In this document: piece after piece, positions 46,186 through 54,900 of the stretch
How the letters are laid out: every line of letters begins with the position of its first letter
How positions within the stretch are numbered: position 1 is the stretch's first letter
DNA from: a virus
Taxonomy: Duplodnaviria > Caudoviricetes
Virus record (IMG/VR): IMGVR_UViG_3300017990_000017
Location: 737 to 64,736 of that record
Length of the DNA: 64,000 nt
Direction: 5' to 3' (one strand)
Program-made: the position numbers and the translations under genes
Notes under the pieces: model-generated
Databases searched by the model: none
The model's input: only the letters and a program-made list of their open reading frames with translations
What the model was told of the DNA's origin: nothing

Positions 46186-49100
46186 ATGGCTGACTACAAG
46201 CTCGGCGTAGACATCGTCGTCAATAACAAGAGTGGTCGAGAGATCGCTGACCAGGTCGGGAAGGCGCTTGGCGAAGCTGCAAAGTCCTGGAAGGATGACA
46301 TCGCTCGCAACACGGCCAAAGGCATGGCCGCTGGTTTCAAGCTTGCGTACTCCTCGGGTCGTAGCGGTGAAGCCATTGCGAAATTCGTGGCCTCGAATCT
46401 CACGGAGGTCTACGAGAAATTCAACAAGGCTGTCGGTGACGGAAACGTCAAACAAGCGGCAAAGCTCGAGCGTCTCCTGGATAAGCGTACGCGGCAGTTC
46501 GAGCGTGAGGCCCAAGCCCAGGCTGATGCGTACGAAGCGATGCAGAAGCGGTCGGCTCAAACCTGGGCTGAGAACGCTGACAAGTTCCGCAACACGGTAG
46601 ACGACATCAACCGCTCCATGCACATGAAGGACCCTTCGGGGTACATCGGCATGGGTCGTCAAATTGGCGGTCGCATCGCCGAACGAGGTCGGGCACGGCA
46701 GCACCAAGCTGGCGAAATGTTGAAGTCTGGGCAGATCGACGAAGCCCAGGCTGCGAAGATGGCGTCTCGAGGTGCGATGGTCGCCAAGATTGGTGTCGCG
46801 CTGGGCACCATCGCAGCCGTCGCGGGTGCTGTTCTCGCGCTCATCAAGCTGTTCATGGACCTCAACGACCGCATCGTTGACATGAACAAGGCGATCCTCA
46901 AGACGGGGACCATCTCCGACATGGGGATCGGAGGTCGAGCTTTCGACGCTGCTCACAAGTTCAACCGTGAGCTCGAGACGATGCGCACCGATGTTCTCGC
47001 TGCGGCTTCCGAGCTCGATGGGTTCCGGGTTTCGTCGGACGAGATGTTCGGCACGCTGGGTGCCCTCAACGAGTACGGCAAGGGGTTCGAGAAGATCGCG
47101 GACCAGATCGATCGAGGCGCTACGCACCTGCGTAACTACGGGGACGCAGCCGAGCTCGCGATCACGTACGCGAAGCTTATGGGCACCAGCTCAGAGGAGA
47201 TGGGCCAGAACATGAGCCGCATCGCCAACGATATGGGTCAGGACTTCGAGCGTGTGGCCGAAGGTCTGTCGGCGGTTCGGCAGGAAGCTCTCTTGTCCGG
47301 GTTCTCCATGAAGCGTTTCGTTGGCACCATTATGGAAGCCACGAGCGGCATGGGTGCCTATGCTGTCCGGCTCGAGGAAGCCGGGAAGACCCTGAAGTTC
47401 TTGAGCAACATCATGGGTGAAACGGCGGGTGCTGAGCTCTTCAAGTCGCTCACCAACGCTTTCACCGAAGCATCGACTAGCGATCGGCTGAAGGAGATCT
47501 TGACGACGGGTCAGGCTGAGATGGCTGACATTTTCAGAGATCAGGCGCTTGCCAGTGCTGAGTCGATTGCGAAAGAACTCGACATTCCTGCGTACCAAGG
47601 TCCGGGTGGCGGAGAGGCTCTCGTTCGAAGGATTTCAGGGATGAACGAGAAGGACCGCATGGACATGTTGGCCCGCATGAAGGCAGCGGGTTACGAGCCT
47701 GAGCTCGTCCAGCGCCTCGACAACCTCGTTGAGGAAGTTCGAGCAGGCAACGGTGACCTCGATGCGATGGTCAACGCGATGAGCACCTTGGGCCCGGCGG
47801 GTACCTTGGCCGCACTCACGCAGAGCCAGGTGTTTGGCGGCCGAATGCTTCACGAGTTCGTTCAGGAAGAAGGCTCTGCGGGTCGTGCTGCGGCTGAGAA
47901 GCTTACGGGTCGAACCGGCAAAGCTTTCGAGGCTCTGGTCGATGCGTCTAAAGGTACGGCTGCCGACATGGTGGCTCTTCGTCAAATCCAGAAGGAAGTC
48001 CGGGACGACGGTCGCAAGCTTTCCAAGGAAGAGCAGATGACGATGGCGGAGCTCTACGGGGCTACCGTAGATGCCACCGGCAAAATCGTGGGTGCTTCGG
48101 CGGATATTGCCGCAGGCACCGTCGAGATGGGTGAGGAGATCACAACTGAGCAACGGCTCATGCTCGCCCAAAACAATCGTTACAAGCAGGCGGAGGAAGA
48201 GGCCGTATCCGAGGACATCAAACTGGCACGTCGCGTTGCGCAGTCCACTGAGAAGTTGGCCAACGTGATGGAGGCCAACATGCTTCAGGTCCTCAACAAG
48301 ATCTACAAGACCGTCTACGACTTCTGGCAGGACTTCCTCGGGATCTTTGGTCAAGAGGATCCAGGGATTCAAGGTCGTATCGGGGCCCAGAACCGTTTCG
48401 CGAGGGAGCAGCAAAGGGCGATGGATGCGATGGAGCAGAACAGCAAAGCCATGACTGCGCTCCAGGAGGCCATCGAGACGGAGAAAAACCCTATTCGTAA
48501 GAAAGCGCTTCAAGAGATGCTTCAGAAGCGCTCCGAGGCCCAGGTTGATCTTGAGTCTCAGCGTGAGCTCGCAGCCCTTGCTGAAGAGGCTGTCCGCAAC
48601 ATGGACACGGAAGGGAAAACGCAGGAGGATATTCAAAAAAAGGTTGCGGACATTCTTTCGGAGCGTGGCTACGAACTAGACGGTCGGGCTCTTCTCGACG
48701 AGAACGCGGCCCGTGCCTTTGGCCAAGACCTGGTTGAGGGAGCAACTGGAACGGGCAAAGCAGGTGGCGTCCTCGGAGGGTTCTTCGGTGCAAAACAGGT
48801 TGGCGCAGCTAGCTTTTACACAGGCTTGATCGAGGAAGAGGGCTATGGGAGAGGCGCTGAGTCCATTCGTAGGATGATCGGCGCTAAGGCAGGTCTCAGT
48901 GCACGCGACAACCTTCCTACGGCAGAACAACAGGCGGAGCTTGATGCGGCGGTCGTGGCTGCTCAGATTACCGGTATGTCTGCGGAAGATTTTTTGCAGA
49001 AGATAGTGGAGATTTCGACCAAGCAGGTTGCACAAGAAGCACGTGGAAGTGCGGTCGGGGACATCCTCGGAACTCTCGATCAAGACCTCGGGTCGATTGC

Positions 49101-49368
49101 CGAGAATACAAACAAGATGGTGGAGTCTCAGAAGAACCTTGAGACCGGCCTCAAAGTTAAGGACATGATCCTTCCCGCTGGTGGAGGTCGTCCCATCATT
49201 ACGGATCCTCAAGACACCCTCATGGCGTTCAAGCCCGGGGGCGCCATTTCCCAGGCGATGGGCGGTGGGGGCGGTGGCGGCCCCGTGACCGTGAACATCT
49301 ACGGAGGCGATCCGCAGAAGGTCTACGAACAAGTCATGCGCGTCATGAAGACACTCGGCCATGCCTGA
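46186..49368 (+). CDS. Tape measure protein
   Basis: 1060 aa, Ala/Glu/Met-rich and helical, with one hydrophobic segment and a C-terminal GGGG.VTVNIYG; synteny. Confidence 0.8.
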   Translation: MADYKLGVDIVVNNKSGREIADQVGKALGEAAKSWKDDIARNTAKGMAAGFKLAYSSGRSGEAIAKFVASNLTEVYEKFNKAVGDGNVKQAAKLERLLDKRTRQFEREAQAQADAYEAMQKRSAQTWAENADKFRNTVDDINRSMHMKDPSGYIGMGRQIGGRIAERGRARQHQAGEMLKSGQIDEAQAAKMASRGAMVAKIGVALGTIAAVAGAVLALIKLFMDLNDRIVDMNKAILKTGTISDMGIGGRAFDAAHKFNRELETMRTDVLAAASELDGFRVSSDEMFGTLGALNEYGKGFEKIADQIDRGATHLRNYGDAAELAITYAKLMGTSSEEMGQNMSRIANDMGQDFERVAEGLSAVRQEALLSGFSMKRFVGTIMEATSGMGAYAVRLEEAGKTLKFLSNIMGETAGAELFKSLTNAFTEASTSDRLKEILTTGQAEMADIFRDQALASAESIAKELDIPAYQGPGGGEALVRRISGMNEKDRMDMLARMKAAGYEPELVQRLDNLVEEVRAGNGDLDAMVNAMSTLGPAGTLAALTQSQVFGGRMLHEFVQEEGSAGRAAAEKLTGRTGKAFEALVDASKGTAADMVALRQIQKEVRDDGRKLSKEEQMTMAELYGATVDATGKIVGASADIAAGTVEMGEEITTEQRLMLAQNNRYKQAEEEAVSEDIKLARRVAQSTEKLANVMEANMLQVLNKIYKTVYDFWQDFLGIFGQEDPGIQGRIGAQNRFAREQQRAMDAMEQNSKAMTALQEAIETEKNPIRKKALQEMLQKRSEAQVDLESQRELAALAEEAVRNMDTEGKTQEDIQKKVADILSERGYELDGRALLDENAARAFGQDLVEGATGTGKAGGVLGGFFGAKQVGAASFYTGLIEEEGYGRGAESIRRMIGAKAGLSARDNLPTAEQQAELDAAVVAAQITGMSAEDFLQKIVEISTKQVAQEARGSAVGDILGTLDQDLGSIAENTNKMVESQKNLETGLKVKDMILPAGGGRPIITDPQDTLMAFKPGGAISQAMGGGGGGGPVTVNIYGGDPQKVYEQVMRVMKTLGHA

Positions 49369-50437
49369 TCAACTTCCATACTTCACCCCCCACCTCGAGT
49401 TGGGGGATGATCCGGATGCCCCGGAGGGCAACGATCTACGTCGTGGCCGGCGTCCGGTGATTTTTGACGTGGTCAAGTCGGATCGTGAGACGAGCATTTT
49501 GCCGGAAGGTCTCCGTCTCGTTCTTCACGTTAACCCCAGGTCGATGAACCTGTCCTACGCGAAGCAGACCGATCGCGTGCAGACGCGCGGAGGCTTCGTG
49601 GAGTTCCACTGGGGCGACGCGGCCGAGGAGATCACGTTCGAGGCAGCGACCGGCGGCTTCATGCGTCTCTACGCGGGCCTGTCGAACATCACGGGGGGTT
49701 CGGGGACACAGGGGCGTCGAGAGACCATCGCGTACGACAAGTACCTCGACCTTCTGTCGCTGTTTCACAGCAACGGGGCCATCTACGACCGGCTCGGTAA
49801 CATTGTGCAGCAGGGCTACATCAAGATGACCTTCGACGGTGCGGTGCACATCGGATGGTTCTCTGACCAGTTCACGGTCACCGAGGCGGCCAACCAACCG
49901 TACATGTTCAACTTGAGCACCAAGTTCATCATCGACCAAGAGATCTTGCGGTGGCGCAGTTCGGATCTTGGTCTGCGATCGGATCGCATCGGGGCGGCAC
50001 CGCTTTCGACGTTTGATGCTGAGGCTATCACGCTTCGCGACATCGTCTCTCCGAGGCCCAACCCCGATCTGATCGATCCCTTCACCGTGCCTCCTCCGAC
50101 GAACCCGGACTTCGACAACACGCCTGATCTCCTCAAGGATCCCTTCGCGACGCAGCCGGCCACTACTATTTTGAACGAGGAAGTAGACCCGTTCGCTGCC
50201 GATCCGTTCGACCCTCAGCGTGTCCTCGAAGGAGACCCGACACTGTTTGGTGCGCCGGAAGGCACGGAGACCTTCCCGATTGAGCCGGATGCTGGTGCCG
50301 GTATTTTGCCGGATTTCGAGCCGGAAGAGGGCGGCCCTCCGCCACCAGAAGAGGAAGAGCCTGAAGAAGAGCCCGAGGAAACCGAGCTTCCCGGGGTCGT
50401 GGATCCTCCCCCACTTCCAGGAGTTGAGGAGCCCTAA
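49361..50437 (+). CDS. Baseplate tube-initiator-like protein 1
   Basis: LHVNPRSMNLSYAK....QTRGGFVEFHWG....ITFE; acidic Pro-rich tail. Confidence 0.55.
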   Translation: MPDQLPYFTPHLELGDDPDAPEGNDLRRGRRPVIFDVVKSDRETSILPEGLRLVLHVNPRSMNLSYAKQTDRVQTRGGFVEFHWGDAAEEITFEAATGGFMRLYAGLSNITGGSGTQGRRETIAYDKYLDLLSLFHSNGAIYDRLGNIVQQGYIKMTFDGAVHIGWFSDQFTVTEAANQPYMFNLSTKFIIDQEILRWRSSDLGLRSDRIGAAPLSTFDAEAITLRDIVSPRPNPDLIDPFTVPPPTNPDFDNTPDLLKDPFATQPATTILNEEVDPFAADPFDPQRVLEGDPTLFGAPEGTETFPIEPDAGAGILPDFEPEEGGPPPPEEEEPEEEPEETELPGVVDPPPLPGVEEP

Positions 50438-50440
50438 GTC

Positions 50441-51931
50441 ATGGCGGATCTGAGTGACGAGGACTTCCCCGGGTTCCAGCCGCTCGCGAACTATCGCGGG
50501 TTTCGGTATGGTCCCAACTTCGTCCCGCAGAGTCGCGGGGCCGACTCTCTTGCGCTTGATGGGACGAAGCAGCGCCTTCGTGACCCTCAGCTTGGTTCAC
50601 CCTTCACTTTCCGTATCCGTCCTCCGGCCACGTTGGTGAACGCGCTTCTCGGAGGCGGTGGGGCTCGTACACGGGGTCCTTTTGATCCTCTCCTCGAGGA
50701 AGTTTTCCAAGAAGCGCTGGACAACCTCATGGTGGTGGAGCAGCGGTTTGCTGCGGGTCTTGCCACCATGCAAGAGCTCGAGGAAGCTCGGTCTGGTCTC
50801 CTTGGTGGGCGCCCTCGTCCGAGCAACAACATCAACATCATCGAGACGGCACAGAGGGCCAACAACAACTTCAGCCGCACGTTGGATGCCCGTGCCGGGT
50901 TCGATGCTCGCAACTACGTCGCCAACAGTGACACGCAGGGTTCGGGGACTACCGAGCAGCCGCCGCTTATTGCTGCCAACGGGCAGGAGTTCGATCAGCG
51001 GAGGGTTGAGCAAAGCCAGGCGAACCAACCGGCGGTGTCGGACCTCGACCAGGCTCGAGACGTGATTGTGCAGCTCAACAAGGTGCTCGCGACACCACCC
51101 TTGACCCTGCTCATCAACCCTGAGCAGCTTCAAATCACGTACACGAAAAAACAGGTCTACCAGGACCGCAACCGTTTCAACTACATCTTCCAGAGCTGGG
51201 GAGAAGAGCAGGTTCGTCTCTCGGTGTCCGGCAAGTCCGCCGGGTTTGTCGTGGGTGCTGTTGGCGGAGCCGGTACCTTTGAGACCAACAACGGTCAGGG
51301 CGTCATCCCAACCGAAACGGACGAGCCGAGCGGCTATCAGTACGCTTCGAAGTGGGATTCGGCTGCATGGCAGAACCTGATGGGGCTTTTCGCCTTCTAC
51401 CGGAACAACGGGTACATCTACGACAACCGTGGACGCCCTTCGTCGGAGGCGCACCTGTTCATCGGCAACGTGGAGATCGCGTACGACCAGTGGGTGTACG
51501 TCGGCAACTTCGAGAACTTCCAGTACAGCTACTCGGAAGACAAACAACACGGTGCTGTGGATTTCAGTTTCGATTTCGTCGCTTCGTTCATCTTCGATCG
51601 TTCTAAGGGCGGGGCGGTTACGCCTCTCCCCTCAGTGACGCCTTCGCCGAGTGAGGAAACGGCACGCATCGCGGAGTTGTCGGCGGAGCTTGATGCTCTT
51701 CTCGACCAGTCGTACAACTCCGAGTACTCACAGACATTGCCGCTGGGAGAGCAAGGATCGCCTGCGACATCGGTTCTGGATGAGCAAATTGATGTCACGT
51801 CTCAGAACCCGCTTCAAGGTCCTGAGATCGCACCCGGTGTTTTCCTGCCTCCTGGATCGACGACGAGGTTCCCGGTGGGGGGTCCTAACAACGCGGGAAT
51901 CCCTGACGGGTTCGATGGGCAAGGTTTCTAG
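50441..51931 (+). CDS. Baseplate tube-initiator-like protein 2
   Basis: LLINPEQLQITYTK......FQSWGEEQVRLSVSG..GNFENFQYS..DFSFDF; paralogous core to the previous gene. Confidence 0.55.
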   Translation: MADLSDEDFPGFQPLANYRGFRYGPNFVPQSRGADSLALDGTKQRLRDPQLGSPFTFRIRPPATLVNALLGGGGARTRGPFDPLLEEVFQEALDNLMVVEQRFAAGLATMQELEEARSGLLGGRPRPSNNINIIETAQRANNNFSRTLDARAGFDARNYVANSDTQGSGTTEQPPLIAANGQEFDQRRVEQSQANQPAVSDLDQARDVIVQLNKVLATPPLTLLINPEQLQITYTKKQVYQDRNRFNYIFQSWGEEQVRLSVSGKSAGFVVGAVGGAGTFETNNGQGVIPTETDEPSGYQYASKWDSAAWQNLMGLFAFYRNNGYIYDNRGRPSSEAHLFIGNVEIAYDQWVYVGNFENFQYSYSEDKQHGAVDFSFDFVASFIFDRSKGGAVTPLPSVTPSPSEETARIAELSAELDALLDQSYNSEYSQTLPLGEQGSPATSVLDEQIDVTSQNPLQGPEIAPGVFLPPGSTTRFPVGGPNNAGIPDGFDGQGF

Positions 51932-51933
51932 TC

Positions 51934-54900
51934 ATGGGCAACATCGAAGATCGTCCTTACGCTGGAACATGGGTTCTCAACAACCGTTCGGTGGTGAAGT
52001 ACACCCCCGATGCGTTGGTGTTCATCAACGGCGACACCTCGTTACCTGGGTGCGCTCGCTGTCGTGGTCGCATCGAGGTCCAGCGGTTCGTCACCGGGAT
52101 GTCCGTCGAGGCCGGTACCGATCCCGTGTCGCACTCGGCCAGCATCCAGTTGGCTCTTCCGCGCGTGCAGGGCAAGCAGGTCTTCATCGACGGCTACAAC
52201 ATCCTGCGCCCCGGTCTCGAGGTCCACATCTTCATGCGCGGGTACTTCCCGATCCGGGGCATGTTCTCGCACCTGTCGGGGCAGCCTTCGGGCCCTGACG
52301 CGCAAGGTTCCCCTTCTGACGCGAACCAGTTGGACCTCAGCAAGTACGCGACGTACCCGTACTACCCGGTCTTCCACGGTCTCATCACGCAGGTCAACTA
52401 CGAGTACAGCGACGGTTTCTACTACGGATCCTTGAACTGCACGTCGCTCCTGCACTTCTGGCAGTACGTGAACATCACGACGGCCGGTGCATGGAGGGGG
52501 CAGAGCAAGCGCCCTTACGACGACACCGGGCGCACCACTCTGTACGGGCACAATTTCAACAACACGCACCCGTTCGCGATCATCTACACGCTCTACAAAG
52601 ACGTGGCGGGGTCCGCTGCTGGCGTCGACTTTGCCCTCAGTGAAGAGACCAACGTTGACGCTACTGCCGACTCTTTTGGGAACTCAGATCGTCAGATCTT
52701 CAGCATGGTGTCGTTGTACTGGGAGCAGCGGTTCAAGACACGCATCCAGAACCTGCGGATGTACGGGGTCAACGGGCAGCTTTTCAATGCGGCCCAACAG
52801 GCATGGCTTGGCACCAACCGTGACGTGAATGGCCTCATTGAGAGTTCTACCGCCAACGATCCGACGACGACCTTAACGGCGAGCGATCCTTTCTCGGCAC
52901 GCTACTCAGTCGCGAAATCACTGGGCCTTCAACAGGCGGGTGCGGACTTCACGTTTTCGCCGCTGATTCAGCAGGACAACGAGTTCTTCAACTTGTCCGT
53001 CCTCGACATGTTCGCGTTCAATCAGTCCATCGGCGAGATGGGTGCGAACAACCTCTGGCAGACCACGTACCAGACCAAAATGGATATCGCTCAGCGAGTC
53101 ATGGAGGTGACTGGCTACGAGTTTTACCAGGACGTGGATGGGGACCTGGTCTTCAAGCCGCCCTTCTGGAACTTAGACACGGCACCGAACCGATACTACC
53201 GGCTCGAAGATTCCGACATCATCAACATCACCTTCACGGAGAAGGAACCGAACGCGACCTACATCATCGTGCGCGGTGTCTGGATCCCAGGTCTCACGGA
53301 CGTGACACCTCCGGACGATGTGCTGCTCAAGCGTGGCTTGTACATCGACTACAAGCTCGTAGCTCAGTTTGGGTGGCGTCCGGCTCCGACGCTCGAGCTC
53401 ACCTACGTCATCGACCCCAAGGTTCTGTTCTGGATCGGTGTGGCTCGCCTGGATGCGCTCAACGTGGATACGTTCAGCGCCTCGGCGACGATCCCCATCC
53501 GAGCGGAGCTCAGGCCAGGTTACCCGGTCTACATCCCCTTCGCGGACTGTTACTACTACATCCGCCAGCTCAGCCACTCGTTTTCCTTCGGAGGGACTTG
53601 CACGACGAGTCTTGTGTTGACGTGTCGGCGAGCAAAGTGGCACGCTCCTGGATTCCTGGAGCCGCCGCCTCCTGGGAAGTCCGCCATCGAGCAGATTCGC
53701 CTTGACCGTCCGGACCTCCCGCCACGTCCACTCGAGGCGATTGTGAACGATGTACCCCGTTGGGTTGGATTCCCGAACGTGGTGATGGCGCTCGACCCTC
53801 GGAAGTTCAACCCCAACTTTTCTGTGGTCGGCGTTGGCATCGATTACTTCGACCAGTTTGACGAGTGTACTTCGGCCGATCTGTTGTTCGATTGGATCGT
53901 TCGAGACGTGGCGCTTCTCAACGCTTTCGAGATCGACGTGCCTTCTCAGTCTCCTGACGGGAACACGGTCATCGAAGACCCGACCCAAGTTACGCGGTTG
54001 AAGTTCCGAAACAGCCAGAACGAGTGGATCTCGTTCACGGTGGACGATCTCGTGCGTGGCTTTGCGGATTACCGTTCGGCCCGTTCTCCCGTCGAAGAGA
54101 CGAACCTCGAGGTCAACAAGCAAGCGGATCTCGTCGCTGAAAAGGACCGAAACTTCAACGCTTTCAAGCTTGCCCAGAAGGCCGGCGGTAAGACGAAGGG
54201 GAACCCAGACTCTGACCGGGCTTCGGCCACGGACCGTCTCGATGTGCTTCGAGGCGAGCAACAAAACGAGCTCGTGAAGTTCCGCCAGACGGTCTCGGCG
54301 TCCCCGAGCATCGATACGCTCGTCCAGATTTTCGAGGCTCTTCAGCCCAACAGCAACAAGCCCATTCGTCGTAAGATCGATGGCATCCCGGGCTCGGACG
54401 TGCGCCTCTCGTACTTCGAAAGTTTGGGTGCATTGAAGGGTCAGTACTTGGCCGGAAGTATCCCCGGGAACTACCGGTACTTCTCGTGTTCGCATCCCTT
54501 CGAAAGCCAGCAAGGGATGCCGGTCGTGCGTTGGGACGACGGGAAACGAAGCAAGGGTTCTTCGCGGTCGGTACCTCGAAGAGGTTCGACCCGTTCGAAC
54601 CGTGGCGGGCGGCGTTCAGCCACCACGGCGGTTCAGGGTCGTCTTCCGGACATCTTCCAGACGCTACAGGCCGCGACGGATCAGCTCCCCAACATCGATC
54701 GATGGTTCGATCCAAATCAGCGCAACGGTGAGTTCAGGAAGTGGTCGGGCCTGACGAGCAAACGAGGAAGAGCCGCTCGAGAGCAGATGGACCCGGAGGT
54801 CGCACAGCGTCTCGTGGACATCACGTCTGCCGCGAACACGATCGTTCAGCGGGTGTTGGACTTCCCGGGATACAGCGATCTCATTTCTCGAGGCAAAGGT